A stretch of DNA of 64,000 nucleotides. It comes from Chthoniobacteraceae bacterium (GTDB lineage Bacteria > Verrucomicrobiota > Verrucomicrobiia > Chthoniobacterales > Chthoniobacteraceae). The notes beneath the pieces were generated by a model. It ran no database searches, had not been told where the DNA came from, and worked only from the letters and a program-made list of their open reading frames with translations. Position numbers and translations under genes: made by a program. Positions 47,721 to 59,212 of this stretch are shown in pieces. Every line of letters starts with the position of its first letter. Within the stretch, counting starts at the first letter, position 1. Where the stretch lies: assembly GCA_037190965.1 (NCBI GenBank), contig JBBCKI010000013.1, positions 1-64,000 on the forward strand, given 5' to 3'.

Positions 47721-50700
47721 GTGGGTAAACGAGCCGAACACTCCATCCAGATCCGCGGCGCGCGGCAGAACAATCTTAAAGGAATCGATCTCGATATTCC
47801 GATCGGGCAATTGACCGTGGTGTCGGGCCCCAGCGGCAGCGGCAAATCGAGCCTTGCCTTCGACACAATTTACGCGGAGGGGCAGCGGCGTTACGTGGAG
47901 ACTTTCAGCCCGTACACGCGGCAGTTTCTGGAGAGGATGGACAAGCCGCAGGTGGACGAGATCCTCGGTATCCCTCCGGCCATCGCCATCGAGCAGGCCA
48001 ATTCGGTCAAGACCACCCGGTCCACGGTAGGGACGATGACGGAGATTAATGACTACCTGAAGCTTCTCTTCCCCCGGGTCGCGCAGGCGTTTTGCCCTTC
48101 GTGCAACCGCCCGATCCGGCCCGAGACGGCGCAATCGATTGTCGCCCATGCGTTCCGCGAGGCGGCGGGGGAGACGGTGCTGGTGACCTTCGGGGTGCCT
48201 GCGCCGGCGGGGACAAAACCGGCTGACTTTTTTGCGTTCCTTCAGCAGCAGGGATACCTGCGCGTTTGGGTGGACGGGGTGGTTCATCGCACCGACGAGT
48301 TGGAGGCCGCGCCGAAGCGGCTCCCTGCGGTGGTCCGGGTCATTCAGGATCGTGTTGCCGTTGAGGAACCGAACCACGCCCGGTTGGCCGAGGCTGTGGA
48401 GACGGCGCTTCGTTTCGGGAAGGGGCAGATCTGTTTCGTGCTGCCGGGAGCGGCGCCCAATACGCCCGACAAGGTGCGCTTTTTCCCTCATTCCGCAGGG
48501 TGGCATTGCGCCCATTGCGATCTCGACATCACCCCGCCTTCGGTTGGCCTTTTCAGCTTTAACAATCCGCTCGGGGCATGCCCGGCCTGCCGTGGATTCG
48601 GGCGTATCATCGCCATCGATCTGGAGCGGGCGATTCCCGACCGGAACCTGAGCATCGCGGATGGCGTGGTGAAACCCTTCCAGACGGAGAACGGGCAGGA
48701 ATGCCAGCGTGATCTGCTGAAAGGATGCGCGCGCCACGAGATCGATATTCACACGCCGTACCGCGATCTTCCGAAGGCGGATCAGGATTTTGTGCTCTAC
48801 GGGGAGGATCCCAAGGCGAACCCTGAGGAGCTTTGGACCAACGGGCGGTGGTATGGGGTGCGGGGGTTTTTCACCTGGCTGGAGTCCAAGTCGTACAAGA
48901 TGCACGTGCGCGTGCTTTTGAGCCGCTACCGGAATTACACGATTTGCCCCGATTGCCATGGCGGGCGGTTCCAGCCTGCGGCGTTGCATTTCCGGTTTGC
49001 CGGGAAGACGCTTCCCGAGCTTTCCGCGCTGGCGGTGGCCGAGTTGCACGATCTTTTCGAGCCGCAGGCGGAGGATGATTCCACCACGGCGATGCTGCGC
49101 GGCGAGGTCCGCACCCGCTTGCGTTATTTGCGGGAGGTAGGGCTTGGCTACCTGAGCCTCGACCGTCCGACCCGGACGCTGAGCGGTGGCGAGACGGAGC
49201 GGGTGACGCTGACGACGTGCCTTGGCGCTTCGCTGGTCAATACGCTCTTTGTCATGGACGAGCCGAGCGTGGGGCTGCACCCGCGCGATGTCGGCAGGCT
49301 CATCAACGTGATGCGGGATCTGCGGGATCGCGGCAACACGCTGGTGGTGGTGGAGCACGAAGAAGCGGTGCTCCGCGCGGCGGATCACTTTGTGGAGATC
49401 GGGCCGGGCCGCGCCGACGAGGGCGGCAACCTTGTGTTCAGCGGGCCGTTGGACCGGTTGAAGGGAACGTTGACGGGCGACTATCTCTCGGGCCGCAAGG
49501 CGATTCCCATTCCCGCCAAACGGCGCAAGCCCAAGGGGTGGCTCCGCGTGGAGGGGGCGAGGCAGAACAACCTGCGAGGCGTCGATGTCGATTTTCCGCT
49601 CGGCGTGTTCGGGTGTGTCACCGGGGTTTCCGGTTCGGGCAAGAGCACGCTGGTCCATGAGGTCCTGTATCGGAACCTGGAGGCGTTGCGCGACAACGGC
49701 AACCCCGAGGAGGCGGCGGGCGCGTGCCATCGTTTGCAAGGCGCGGAGGCGGTGGGGGGCGTGGTGATGGTCGATCAATCGCCGCTCTCGCGCACCCCGC
49801 GTTCCAGCCCCGCGGTTTACCTGGGGGTGTTCGACGCCATTCGCGAGGAGTTCGCGATGCTCCCCGAGGCGCTTGCCGCCGGGTTGAGCGCGAGTTCGTT
49901 TTCGTTCAATACCGGCACGGGCCGTTGCGACCGCTGCTCCGGCATGGGGTTCGAGAAGATCGAGATGCAGTTCCTGAGCGATCTGTTTGTCCGCTGCCCG
50001 GAATGCAACGGCAAACGCTACCAGGATCACGTCCTGCGGGTGAAACTGCGCGGCCGCTCGATTGCCGAGGTGCTGGAAATGACGGTGACCGGGGCGATTG
50101 AATTTTTCACCCCCAAGGAAGAATCTCCGAAGGCTTCGGTGGTTCACCTTCTCTCCGCGCTACGGTTGCTGGACGAGGTTGGGCTTGGTTACCTTAGGCT
50201 CGGACAGCCGCTCAACGTTCTGAGCGGCGGTGAATCGCAGCGGCTCAAGCTGGTTAAGCACCTTGCCGAGCAGAGCGAAGGCGAGGCGGCACTATTCATC
50301 CTCGACGAGCCGACGACGGGCCTGCATTTCGACGACGTGGCGATGCTGCTGCGCCTCTTCGACCGGTTGGTGGAGCAGGGGAACACTTTGCTGGTGATCG
50401 AGCATAACCTGGAGGTGATCAAATCCGCCGATTACGTGATTGATCTCGGGCCGGAGGCGGGCTCCGAAGGTGGGTTGGTGATCGCCACGGGAACGCCGGA
50501 GGAAGTGGCGCGCACGGCGGCGGCCACCGGTTCGCACACCGGGGCGTTTCTCGCCGGGGCACTGAAGCCCGCCGCAAGGGCCAAAGCCGCCGGGCATAAG
50601 GAACCGGCGCGCAAAAAGAAGATGGCGCTCCCTGCCATCGGCGTGCACGGCGCGCGCGAGCATAACCTTAAAAATTTCACGCTCGATATTCCGCGCGATG

Positions 50701-53216
50701 AACTGGTGGTCATCACCGGTTTGAGCGGTTCGGGCAAGAGCACGCTGGCGTTCGATATTCTTTTTGCCGAAGGCCAGCGGCGGTTCCTCGACAGCATGTC
50801 GCCCTACGCGCGGCAGTTTGTGGAGCAATTGGAGAAGCCGGATGTCGATCTTGTCACAGGGCTGCCGCCGAGTGTCGCCATTGAGCAACGGGTAACGCGG
50901 GGAGGAGGCAAATCGACGGTGGCGACGGTGACGGAAGTGTATCACTTTTTGCGACTGCTTTTTGCCAAGCTCGGGACCCAGTTCTGTCCGAAGTGCGACC
51001 TGCCGGTTGAGAAGCAGAGCTTTGCCGCGTTGCTCAAAAAGGCGGAGGCGGCGGTGCGCAAACAGGGGGGCGTGCGGGTGCTTGCTCCGCTGGTGAAAGC
51101 GCGCAAGGGCTTCCATACGGAGGTCGCCCGCTGGGCGGCGCGCGAGGGATTTGAAGAGTTGTTTGTGGATGGCAAGATCGTCCCTGTCGCCGAGTTCAAA
51201 AAGCTGGAGCGTTTCCGAGAGCATACCATCGACGTGGTGGTGGGCGAGCGGCGTTCTCCCGGTCGCCTGGAGCAGATCCTGCGGCGGGCGCTGGAGATCG
51301 GGAAGGGGACGGCGCGTCTGCTCGACGGCAAACGGCAACTCACGGTGCTGAGCGCGGAGATGAGCTGCCCGGGCTGCGGCGATTCGTTCGAGGAGCTTGA
51401 TCCCCGCTTGTTCTCATTCAATTCCCCGCACGGGTGGTGCGAGGTTTGCCATGGGTTTGGCGAAGTCTGGGAAGGCCCGGCGACCGATGCCGAAACGGCC
51501 CTGGAGGCGGAGCTGAACGAGGAGCGCCAGCATGAATGGCTGGAGGAGGGCGAGGCGCAGCCGTGCGAAGCGTGCGCCGGAGCGCGGATCAACACCATCG
51601 CGCGGCACGTGCGGTTGCAGAAGAACAGCATCGCCGATCTGGTGCGTCTGCCGGTGTGCGACGCGTTGAGAGCGATCGAGAAGTTCCGCTTCAACGGGAT
51701 GCAGAAGACGATCGCCGCCGACATTCTCCCCGAGATCCGGCAGCGGTTGGAATTCATGGGGCGCGTGGGGCTTGACTATCTATCGCTGGATCGTTCCGCC
51801 AAGACATTGAGCGGCGGTGAATCGCAGCGCATCCGACTTGCGGCGCAGCTGGGTTCCAACCTGCGCGGTGTCCTCTATGTGCTCGACGAGCCGACCATCG
51901 GCCTGCACCCGCGCGATAACGAGTTCCTGTTGGAGACGCTGGAAGCCTTGCGCGCGAAGGGGAATTCACTAGTCATCGTGGAGCACGATGAAGAGACGAT
52001 GCGGCGTGCGGATACCATTATCGACCTTGGCCCCGGCGCTGGGAGCAACGGCGGCTCGGTGGTGGCGATGGGGAAACTTGCCGAGATCAAGCGCAACCGG
52101 CTTTCCGAAACGGGCCGTTGCCTGCGCGAACCGATGCGGCACCCGAGCCGGGGAAGCCGCCGCCCGCTGGATACGGCGGAGTGGATCGAATTGCGCGGCG
52201 CGCGCGCGAATAATTTGAAGGGGGTCGATGTCCGTTTCCCCGTGGGAAGGCTGAGTGTCATCACCGGCATTTCCGGCTCCGGAAAAAGCACGCTCATGCG
52301 AGGCGTTTTGAAACCGGCGCTTACCGATCCGAAGAAAAAGGGCGGTACGGTCGGGAACGGATCCTACGATGCGCTCCTCGGCATGGAGCATGTGGAGACG
52401 GTTTACGAAGTCGATCAAACGCCGATCGGCAAGACCTCGCGTTCGACTCCGGCGACCTACATCAAAGTCTTCGACGAGATCCGCAAGCAGTTCGCGCAGG
52501 TGCCGCTTTCAAGGATGCGAGGTTACACGCCTTCGCGGTTTTCATTCAACGCCGAAGGCGGCCGCTGCGAAACGTGTGCGGGGCAGGGGGTCATCAAGAT
52601 CGAGATGAACTTTCTCCCGGCCAGCTACATTCCGTGCGGCGACTGCGGCGGCAAGCGTTACAACGCGGCCACGCTGGAGGCGCTCTACAACGGCGGAAGC
52701 ATTGGCGATGTCATGGAGATGACGCTGGAACAGGCGGCGGAGTTCTTCGCCGCCAGCCCGAAGATCGCAAGGCCGCTCCGGCTGCTTTGCGACACGGGGC
52801 TCGGCTATCTGAAGCTCGGCCAGCCCAGCCCCACCTTGAGCGGCGGCGAAGCGCAACGGCTCAAGCTGGTGAGCGAGTTGATCCGTGGTGTCACGCGGGC
52901 AAGCAACGATCGCATCCGGCGGCAGCGCCAACCGAAATCAACCGTCTACCTGCTGGAAGAACCGACCATCGGGCTTCACATGGCCGACGTGGAACGGCTG
53001 CTCGATGTCCTGCATCGTCTGGTGGACGACGGGCAGACGGTGATCGTCATCGAACACAACCTGAGCCTCATCGCCGACGCCGACTATCTCATCGACATCG
53101 GCCCCGAAGCGGGCCCGGAGGGTGGCGAATTGGTCGCCTTCGGAACGCCCGAAGAGGTGGCGAAGAACAAGGTTAGCCGCACCGCGCCATTCCTGCGGGA
53201 GATGAAGATGGGGTAG
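47721..53216 (+). CDS. uvrA: Excinuclease ABC subunit A, double-length
   Basis: Four Walker A motifs ([32 protein letters not shown]), four LSGGE signatures, Zn fingers; GTG start 47721. Confidence 0.95.
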   Translation: MGKRAEHSIQIRGARQNNLKGIDLDIPIGQLTVVSGPSGSGKSSLAFDTIYAEGQRRYVETFSPYTRQFLERMDKPQVDEILGIPPAIAIEQANSVKTTRSTVGTMTEINDYLKLLFPRVAQAFCPSCNRPIRPETAQSIVAHAFREAAGETVLVTFGVPAPAGTKPADFFAFLQQQGYLRVWVDGVVHRTDELEAAPKRLPAVVRVIQDRVAVEEPNHARLAEAVETALRFGKGQICFVLPGAAPNTPDKVRFFPHSAGWHCAHCDLDITPPSVGLFSFNNPLGACPACRGFGRIIAIDLERAIPDRNLSIADGVVKPFQTENGQECQRDLLKGCARHEIDIHTPYRDLPKADQDFVLYGEDPKANPEELWTNGRWYGVRGFFTWLESKSYKMHVRVLLSRYRNYTICPDCHGGRFQPAALHFRFAGKTLPELSALAVAELHDLFEPQAEDDSTTAMLRGEVRTRLRYLREVGLGYLSLDRPTRTLSGGETERVTLTTCLGASLVNTLFVMDEPSVGLHPRDVGRLINVMRDLRDRGNTLVVVEHEEAVLRAADHFVEIGPGRADEGGNLVFSGPLDRLKGTLTGDYLSGRKAIPIPAKRRKPKGWLRVEGARQNNLRGVDVDFPLGVFGCVTGVSGSGKSTLVHEVLYRNLEALRDNGNPEEAAGACHRLQGAEAVGGVVMVDQSPLSRTPRSSPAVYLGVFDAIREEFAMLPEALAAGLSASSFSFNTGTGRCDRCSGMGFEKIEMQFLSDLFVRCPECNGKRYQDHVLRVKLRGRSIAEVLEMTVTGAIEFFTPKEESPKASVVHLLSALRLLDEVGLGYLRLGQPLNVLSGGESQRLKLVKHLAEQSEGEAALFILDEPTTGLHFDDVAMLLRLFDRLVEQGNTLLVIEHNLEVIKSADYVIDLGPEAGSEGGLVIATGTPEEVARTAAATGSHTGAFLAGALKPAARAKAAGHKEPARKKKMALPAIGVHGAREHNLKNFTLDIPRDELVVITGLSGSGKSTLAFDILFAEGQRRFLDSMSPYARQFVEQLEKPDVDLVTGLPPSVAIEQRVTRGGGKSTVATVTEVYHFLRLLFAKLGTQFCPKCDLPVEKQSFAALLKKAEAAVRKQGGVRVLAPLVKARKGFHTEVARWAAREGFEELFVDGKIVPVAEFKKLERFREHTIDVVVGERRSPGRLEQILRRALEIGKGTARLLDGKRQLTVLSAEMSCPGCGDSFEELDPRLFSFNSPHGWCEVCHGFGEVWEGPATDAETALEAELNEERQHEWLEEGEAQPCEACAGARINTIARHVRLQKNSIADLVRLPVCDALRAIEKFRFNGMQKTIAADILPEIRQRLEFMGRVGLDYLSLDRSAKTLSGGESQRIRLAAQLGSNLRGVLYVLDEPTIGLHPRDNEFLLETLEALRAKGNSLVIVEHDEETMRRADTIIDLGPGAGSNGGSVVAMGKLAEIKRNRLSETGRCLREPMRHPSRGSRRPLDTAEWIELRGARANNLKGVDVRFPVGRLSVITGISGSGKSTLMRGVLKPALTDPKKKGGTVGNGSYDALLGMEHVETVYEVDQTPIGKTSRSTPATYIKVFDEIRKQFAQVPLSRMRGYTPSRFSFNAEGGRCETCAGQGVIKIEMNFLPASYIPCGDCGGKRYNAATLEALYNGGSIGDVMEMTLEQAAEFFAASPKIARPLRLLCDTGLGYLKLGQPSPTLSGGEAQRLKLVSELIRGVTRASNDRIRRQRQPKSTVYLLEEPTIGLHMADVERLLDVLHRLVDDGQTVIVIEHNLSLIADADYLIDIGPEAGPEGGELVAFGTPEEVAKNKVSRTAPFLREMKMG

Positions 53217-53234
53217 CCTTCGGAGAACCGGCCA

Positions 53235-53392
53235 GGTAGACCGCTCTCGCCGAGAGCGCGGGATCGGTGAGGAGTCGCATTTGGCGCCGATCCTCGCAGG
53301 ACGGGCTATTGTTGTTGGGATGCGGCCTTCATGAAGCCAAGGAGTCGAACCCGCGCTCGACGGCGCGAGCGTGCTACCGGCGCTGCCGCGCC
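53235..53392 (+). repeat. Family A REPIN-like element, copy 4
   Basis: GGTAGACCGCTCTCGCCGAGAGCG ... CGCTCGACGGCGCGAGCGTGCTACC then GGCGCTGCCGCGCC. Confidence 0.9.
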
Positions 53393-54748
53393 TTATTCCT
53401 TCGCTCCGTGTTCCTTCAAAAACTCGGCGGTCTTGGTTTTGCCGTCGCGCAGGGCGATCCCGAGAGCGGTAAGGCCTTCCTTGTTGCGGATATTGAGGTC
53501 GGCTCCGTATTGCACCAACTGCTTCAGGGGCGTGGTGGGCTGGTGCCATACCGCCCGCATGAGCGGGGTTTCCCCGGATTTATCGAGGCCGACGTTGGGA
53601 TTGACGCCCGCTTTCAGGAGCGTTTCGCGTAGTTCGTTCACGTCGCCGCCATCCCAGATCACGGTCATGTAGATTGGCGTCGTCTTATATTTCGGGCAGA
53701 CGTAGTCGATGTCCGCTCCCTGCTCGATCAGGAATTGCGCGGTTTTGATATTGCCCGCCGCGATGGCGGCGATCAGGGGGGAATAGCCGTTTTTGGGGTC
53801 CGGAACGTCCACGGGGACGCCTTCATCGAGGAGCTTCAGGACGAGCTCATGGTCGCCTCGTTTTACGGCGTTGTGCAGATTCCAAACCGGGTCGTCGCTC
53901 AGTTTGATCGGCTCGTCGATCCCGTTTCGCCGGAGGAGATCCATGATCGGTTGGCGACCTGCTTGGAACGCGATCTGAAACGGAGTGCCGAGTTTGGTCT
54001 TTTCCCGTCCGTTGGCGCCGAGCCAGAGCAGCCATTGCGTGCCGTGGTTATTGCCGCGTTCCACGGCCCAGGTCAGCTCGTTGTAGTGGTTCTTCCGAAT
54101 GGCAAACGGATAAGCGCCCCGGGCGATCAGGAACCGGCGCATCCCGTCAAAGCTGCCCCCGACCCAGCCCATGGTGCTCATCAACGGGGTCACGCCGTTC
54201 TTGTCCGCGACGTTCGGGTTGGCACCGGCGGCGATGAGATAGAAGAGGACGTCGTCCTGCGCGGCGGCGATGGCGCGGTGCAGCGCGGTTCGCCCCTGCT
54301 CGTCCTGCATGTTGATGTCCGCGCCGCCATCGAGAAACGCTTCCAGCTTTTTCAGATCGCCCACGCGCGCCGCCTCGTGCAGGGAGTTCTTCACGAAAGT
54401 GGGGATGTAGCGGGAGGACGAACGCATCGCGGCTTCATGCTTTGAGACGATTTCCCGCACTTCGTCGCTCCCCATGAGGTCGAGCAGCGTTTTCGGCTGC
54501 ACACTCTCGGGGACTCCGGGGATGCTCGTCTCGGCCCCAAGCCACAGAAGGGTTTCCACCTCTTTCTCCTTGTCTGCTTTGATGGCGAGCGCGAGCGGCG
54601 TCATCCCGTCCTTGGCGATGGCGTTGACATTGGCCCTGCAGATCAGCAACAGCCGCTGGAGGAGAGGTTCGCCGCTTTGTACCGCGTAGTGCAGCGGGGT
54701 GTAGCCGAGCGAATCGACGGCATTCACGTCGGCTCCGCGCAGGATCAT
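53393..54748 (-). CDS. Ankyrin-repeat protein (begins mid-repeat; possible fragment of an ECF fusion)
   Basis: Many G.TPLH/GADVN repeats; ATG 54748 overlaps the TGA of the sigma gene. Confidence 0.85.
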   Translation of the reverse strand: MILRGADVNAVDSLGYTPLHYAVQSGEPLLQRLLLICRANVNAIAKDGMTPLALAIKADKEKEVETLLWLGAETSIPGVPESVQPKTLLDLMGSDEVREIVSKHEAAMRSSSRYIPTFVKNSLHEAARVGDLKKLEAFLDGGADINMQDEQGRTALHRAIAAAQDDVLFYLIAAGANPNVADKNGVTPLMSTMGWVGGSFDGMRRFLIARGAYPFAIRKNHYNELTWAVERGNNHGTQWLLWLGANGREKTKLGTPFQIAFQAGRQPIMDLLRRNGIDEPIKLSDDPVWNLHNAVKRGDHELVLKLLDEGVPVDVPDPKNGYSPLIAAIAAGNIKTAQFLIEQGADIDYVCPKYKTTPIYMTVIWDGGDVNELRETLLKAGVNPNVGLDKSGETPLMRAVWHQPTTPLKQLVQYGADLNIRNKEGLTALGIALRDGKTKTAEFLKEHGAKE

Positions 54749-55524
54749 CCGGTGGCAATGGCAGCCGCCGCTATCGGCCACTTCAACTTTGCAAAGAGGA
54801 GATTTCGCAGTGAATCGTTGGCCAGCCTCAAAAGGGAGGTCATCGCCCCGGTGCTAGCTTCCATCCCTTTCGCCGCCGTCAGTGCGCTCCGGGTCGCGAT
54901 GGAGGCGAATTCCGGATTGGCTTCAGCCGCCATCCGGGCGGCATCCGTGAGAAGGGTTCCGGTCAGAAGGCCGACGCCGCGCCGGGTGAGCCGGTTGCGC
55001 AGCAGTTCCCTCCCGCGCGTTAGCCGCATCGAGATCGCACTCTGGGTGCATTGATGGCGGCGGGCCAGTTCCCCGATGGAGACGCCTTCCAGATAATGTT
55101 CGATGACGGTCTCGCGTAGTTTTGCCGGAAGCGCCTCGATGGCCTCGTCGAGTTTGCCGGCGAGGAAAGGGGGGAATCCATCGCCTTGGAGTACGTCCCG
55201 CCGGGCTGACTCGGAATCTCGCATCTGCCGACGTGTGGCGGATCGCCGTACGCTCAACGCAGTCAGCCGCGCCACGCGGTGCAACCAGCCGCCGAGGCCG
55301 CGACTTGCGTTGAGGTTCCGAGCCTTGAGGGCCAGCGCGATAAAGGTGGCTTGCCCGGCGTCTTCGGCATCCGTGGTGTTGCCCAACACTCGCCTGCAGA
55401 CGCCGTGGACCATCGGGCTGTGCCGGGATACGAGGGCTCGAAAGGCGGTTTCGGAGTTCCAACTCGCAAATTTTTCCAACAGTGCCGCATCGGTTTCCAA
55501 GGAGGTTTCCATACACACATTCAC
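54745..55524 (-). CDS. ECF sigma-70 factor with truncated C-terminal extension
   Basis: AF..LV.RH.PMV..VCRRVLG...DAEDA.QATF, WLHRVA, region 4 HTH, then Ala-rich linker and a half TM helix. Confidence 0.85.
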   Translation of the reverse strand: MNVCMETSLETDAALLEKFASWNSETAFRALVSRHSPMVHGVCRRVLGNTTDAEDAGQATFIALALKARNLNASRGLGGWLHRVARLTALSVRRSATRRQMRDSESARRDVLQGDGFPPFLAGKLDEAIEALPAKLRETVIEHYLEGVSIGELARRHQCTQSAISMRLTRGRELLRNRLTRRGVGLLTGTLLTDAARMAAEANPEFASIATRSALTAAKGMEASTGAMTSLLRLANDSLRNLLFAKLKWPIAAAAIATG

Positions 55525-55618
55525 CGCCGTGAGTGGGTGCGTTTATCACATTTTTCTTGGGATCTGCCGATGAATTTTTGGTGAGGGGTTTGTCCCGTTG
55601 GCCTTTCGAGTGCGGCAA

Positions 55619-55781
55619 GGTAGTCCGCTCGCGCCGCGAGCGTGGGAGTTGATCTGGAAGGTGCGTTTGACGTCCATCCCCGCAGGACCGGCGCTGATGG
55701 TGTTGGGATGAGGCCTGAAAGAGAGGAGGGAGCCAAACCCCGCGCTCGGCGGCGCGAGCGGACTACCGGTGCTGCCGCACC
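55619..55781 (+). repeat. Family A REPIN-like element, copy 5
   Basis: GGTAGTCCGCTCGCGCCGCGAGCG ... CGCTCGGCGGCGCGAGCGGACTACC then GGTGCTGCCGCACC. Confidence 0.9.
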
Positions 55782-55814
55782 CGGGAAGCGCAAGGTTTTG
55801 GCGACTTGCTGCGC

Positions 55815-56057
55815 CTACTCTTCGACCTGGAGCAATGCTCTCTGGCCGTGGCGGGCTGCACCTGCCGAGAGCAGGTTGCGGATGGCAACGATGGTGCGGC
55901 CTTGCTTGCCGATCACCTTGCCGATTTCGCTCTTGGGAACCTTGAGTCGAAAAGTGATTTTGCGCGCGGTTTCAGAGTGCGACAAAATCATCTCATCGGG
56001 GTTTCCGATGAGATTGCCAATGGTATAACGCAGAAACTCTTCCATGGGATTAACCAC
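55815..56057 (-). CDS. khpA: KH-domain RNA-binding protein KhpA
   Basis: GKVIGKQGRTI.AIR; follows rpsP; start may be ATG 56045. Confidence 0.9.
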   Translation of the reverse strand: MVNPMEEFLRYTIGNLIGNPDEMILSHSETARKITFRLKVPKSEIGKVIGKQGRTIVAIRNLLSAGAARHGQRALLQVEE

Positions 56058-56145
56058 GGTCTACCGCTGCGGGTGGCCCGGCATGATTGCCGAAACCGGT
56101 CGTAATTGGTCGGAATGAGCCGGTTTTTAACCGGCTTTCCGAAAT

Positions 56146-56403
56146 TTAGGCTGCGGAGACCGCCTTTTTACGGGCGTTCTTGATGATGCTGCGGACGGTG
56201 TCCGAAGGCTGTGCGCCGGAAGCGATCCAGTAGTCAACGCGGGAGAGGTCGATCGAGGCGTTGTTCTCGGCCTTCTTCGGGTCGTAGTTGCCGATGTGCT
56301 CGATGAACTTGCCGTCACGGGGGCCGCGGGAGTCGGCCACGACGATGCGATAATACGGTGCGTTGATAGCGCCTTCACGGCGGAGTCGGATGGATACTGA
56401 CAT
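56146..56403 (-). CDS. rpsP: 30S ribosomal protein S16
   Basis: IRLRR.G...PYYRIVVADSR.PRDGKFIE..G.YDP. Confidence 0.98.
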   Translation of the reverse strand: MSVSIRLRREGAINAPYYRIVVADSRGPRDGKFIEHIGNYDPKKAENNASIDLSRVDYWIASGAQPSDTVRSIIKNARKKAVSAA

Positions 56404-56488
56404 AAATGGTCGTTAAAAAAGGGCCTTTATAAGGGGTCTTGTAAATTGGTCGAACTAAATTTTGGGCGAAAATGAGGTTTGGAGGCGG

Positions 56489-57832
56489 TTATTTCCCCCG
56501 CATCCCCGGGATGCGTGGCATGCCGCCGCCGGAGCGGGCCATCATTTTCTTCAACTTGCCCATGTTCTTCATCATCTTTTGCATCTGACTGAAGCGCATG
56601 AGCAGGTCGTTTACTTCCGTCACCGAGGTGCCGCTGCCACGGGCGATGCGCTGCCGGCGTCGGGCATTGAGGATGTCCGGCTTGCGGCGTTCGTCCATTG
56701 TCATTGAAAGGACAATGGCTTCGACCCGTTTCATTTGCTTCTCGTCGACGGAGAAGCCTTTCATGTTACCCATTCCGGGCAACATGCCAAGGATATTTTC
56801 CAGGGGCCCGAGTTTCCGGATCATGCGGAATTGATCGAGGAAGTCGTTCAGGTCGAAGGTGGCGGTGCGGAGTTTTTCCTCCATCCGCTTTGCCTCGGCT
56901 TCGTCGATCGCCTCGGCGGCCTTTTCGACGAGACCCACGATGTCGCCCATCCCGAGGATGCGCCCGGCAAGGCGATCCGGGTGGAACGGCTCAAACTGGT
57001 CGATCTTTTCGCCGACGCCCGCGAATTTGATCGGGCGTTGGGTGACCTCCCGCATGGAGAGGGCCGCACCGCCGCGTGCGTCGCCGTCGAGCTTGGTGAG
57101 AACGAGGCCGGTGACGCCAAGCGCTTCGTGGAAATGCGTGGCGACGCTCACCGCCTGCTGACCGGTGGCGGAGTCGGCGACGAGCAGGACTTCCCCTGGG
57201 TTCAGGCGTTCCTTCACGTTCTTGAGTTCCTGCACCAGCGCTTCGTCAATTTCCTGACGGCCTGCGGTGTCGTAAATCTCGACGTTTCCGTTCTGGGTCG
57301 CGGCCCATGCCAGGGCATGTTCCGTCGCGCGGAGGACATCGGTTTCCCCGGGGGCCGGGCGGAAGACGGGGACGCCGATCTGTTTGCCGAGCGTCTCCAA
57401 TTGGTCGATGGCGGCCGGGCGGTGAAGGTCGAGCGCGAAGAGGAGGGGAGAGCGCCCCTGATTTTTGAGCCACCGGGCAAGCTTGGCCGAGGAGGTCGTC
57501 TTGCCTGCGCCGTTCAAGCCGACCATCAGGATCCGGGCCGGTTTGTCGAGCAACAACGGGGCGGAATCCCCACCGAGAAGCGCGGTCAGTTCGTCATGGA
57601 AGATTTTGACGATCTGCTGCCCCGGGGTGACGCTGCGGAGCACCTCTTCGCCCAGCGCCTTTTCCTTGACGCGGGCGATGAAATCTTTCGCCACCTGATA
57701 GTGGACATCGGCCTCCAGCAGCGCGAGACGGATCTCCCGCAGGGCGTCGGTGACGTTGGTTTCCGAAATCTTCCCCTGGCCCCGCAGGTCCTTGAAGACA
57801 TCCTGAAGTTTATCGGCGAGTTGACTAAACAT
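56489..57832 (-). CDS. ffh: Signal recognition particle protein
   Basis: ALLEADV, GLNGAGKTT, DTAGR, TKLDGDARGGAALS, Met-rich M domain. Confidence 0.98.
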   Translation of the reverse strand: MFSQLADKLQDVFKDLRGQGKISETNVTDALREIRLALLEADVHYQVAKDFIARVKEKALGEEVLRSVTPGQQIVKIFHDELTALLGGDSAPLLLDKPARILMVGLNGAGKTTSSAKLARWLKNQGRSPLLFALDLHRPAAIDQLETLGKQIGVPVFRPAPGETDVLRATEHALAWAATQNGNVEIYDTAGRQEIDEALVQELKNVKERLNPGEVLLVADSATGQQAVSVATHFHEALGVTGLVLTKLDGDARGGAALSMREVTQRPIKFAGVGEKIDQFEPFHPDRLAGRILGMGDIVGLVEKAAEAIDEAEAKRMEEKLRTATFDLNDFLDQFRMIRKLGPLENILGMLPGMGNMKGFSVDEKQMKRVEAIVLSMTMDERRKPDILNARRRQRIARGSGTSVTEVNDLLMRFSQMQKMMKNMGKLKKMMARSGGGMPRIPGMRGK

Positions 57833-57853
57833 GGTGGATTCCTTGCAAGCGAC

Positions 57854-59119
57854 TTATCGCGCCCCGGCGGCGGACGGGTCGAACTGGAAGCTCCAGCGGG
57901 TTTCGGCCTTTCTGCCACCGACTTTGGCGCTGATGATGACGGTGTAGTTCCGATCCCTCAGCGGCTGGTTGGCGAGCTGGAAGGAGACCATCTTGGTGGC
58001 AGGGTCGTACACGGCAGGCACCAGGCCGAAGCCGCTGATCCGCATTTCGACGCTATCGGGCTCGATGGCTCCCATCGTGGCGAGGTTCGCCTTGATGAGC
58101 GGTTTGGGGTCGGAAATCGTTTCGCCTTCCATCGGCTGCGTGGCCATGGAGGCGGCTGCCATTTGGGCGACGGCGGGCGCGACCGAGACAGGGCCGCTGC
58201 CGATGGCGTGGAGGGCGGCCTGGAAAATATGCGGCTCCTTGGAGCCGATGGCGTAGCGGCCGATCTGCGTGGCAGAGGGGCTGCTGAACCCGTTCCGCTG
58301 GCCGTAGACGGTGAAGGCGGCTTCGTAACCGGTCTTCAGGGCCATGTCCTGGGCTTCCTGGTTAAAAAGTCCGTAGGGGTAGGCGAGCGAGTTGACGCGA
58401 ATGGCGAGTTGACGCTCAAGCACGTTTTTGGATTCTCCGATTTCCTTTTGCAGCCACGCTTCATAGCCGATGCGCTTGATCTCTTCGACGTTCTTTTTGT
58501 TCACGTTGCCCTTCCCGCGAAGGCTCTGGTGCGAGTAGGTGTGCGACTGGATGTCGACGCCTGCGTCGCGCATCTGGGCAAGTTGATCCCAGCTGACCGA
58601 TTTTCCGCCGACCCCGATGTATTCGATGTAAACGAACATCGTGAAGGGGTACTCAAATTTCTTGAGGATCGGCCAGGCGACGTCGTAGGCGGAGACGTAG
58701 CCGTCGTCGATGGTAATGACGGCGCTCTTGGCGGGAATATCTTTTTCCCCACGGCGCCAGGCCAGGAAGTCCTGCATCGGGATCACCGAGATCCCATGGT
58801 CCTTGAGCGCCTGCAACTGCTGTTCGAATTCCTGCGGCGTGATGGCGAGGTTGTCGGGTTTGTTTTCAAACCGGTGATAACAGAGGACGATCACCCCTGC
58901 GTTCTGGTTGATCACGGGCGCGGCGGGTGCCGGTTCCGGCGTCGGCTCGGGCGCCAGGGCTTGTGGGGCCGCGGCGGCTTCCACCGCCGGCGTCGGGGCT
59001 GGAGCGGTCTGCGCCTCGACAGTCTTCGACTTGAAGGGCGAAAGGCTCTTAATCTTATCGCAACCGGAGAATGTAACCGCAGTGGCGGCCAGACAGGTCA
59101 GTAGAAGGCGGGTTTTCAT
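57854..59119 (-). CDS. Lipoprotein polysaccharide deacetylase (CE4/NodB)
   Basis: Lipobox TFSGC; VLCYH, TIDDG, SHTYSH, AYPYG; extra C-terminal beta domain. Confidence 0.88.
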   Translation of the reverse strand: MKTRLLLTCLAATAVTFSGCDKIKSLSPFKSKTVEAQTAPAPTPAVEAAAAPQALAPEPTPEPAPAAPVINQNAGVIVLCYHRFENKPDNLAITPQEFEQQLQALKDHGISVIPMQDFLAWRRGEKDIPAKSAVITIDDGYVSAYDVAWPILKKFEYPFTMFVYIEYIGVGGKSVSWDQLAQMRDAGVDIQSHTYSHQSLRGKGNVNKKNVEEIKRIGYEAWLQKEIGESKNVLERQLAIRVNSLAYPYGLFNQEAQDMALKTGYEAAFTVYGQRNGFSSPSATQIGRYAIGSKEPHIFQAALHAIGSGPVSVAPAVAQMAAASMATQPMEGETISDPKPLIKANLATMGAIEPDSVEMRISGFGLVPAVYDPATKMVSFQLANQPLRDRNYTVIISAKVGGRKAETRWSFQFDPSAAGAR

Positions 59120-59139
59120 TGAAGATGAGGCGGAAGGAT

Positions 59140-59190
59140 AAACCGGAAAGTGGAAACCGGAAACCGGAAAGATGGGGCTTTCCGGTTTCC
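59140..59190. repeat. GGAAACC-type short repeats forming a 13-bp hairpin (family F)
   Basis: GGAAACCGGAAAG / CTTTCCGGTTTCC; 59140-59160 matches the reverse complement of 47610-47630 at 20/21. Confidence 0.6.
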
Positions 59191-59212
59191 TATTGAATGG
59201 CGATATGGTCTC

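Noticed and set aside
47424..50147. 907-aa minus-strand ORF
   Set aside because: Antisense shadow of uvrA, expected in high-GC DNA; no recognisable motifs
53267..53672. Recurrent short peptides such as PRSTARA.YR.CR and ALDGASGLPVLPH (also near 25383, 37417, 55642, 60625)
   Set aside because: Translations of the family A repeat, not a protein family
54745..54840. Programmed -1 frameshift joining the ECF and ankyrin ORFs
   Set aside because: No X XXY YYZ slippery heptamer seen, and the joined product would still lack half a TM helix and part of a repeat
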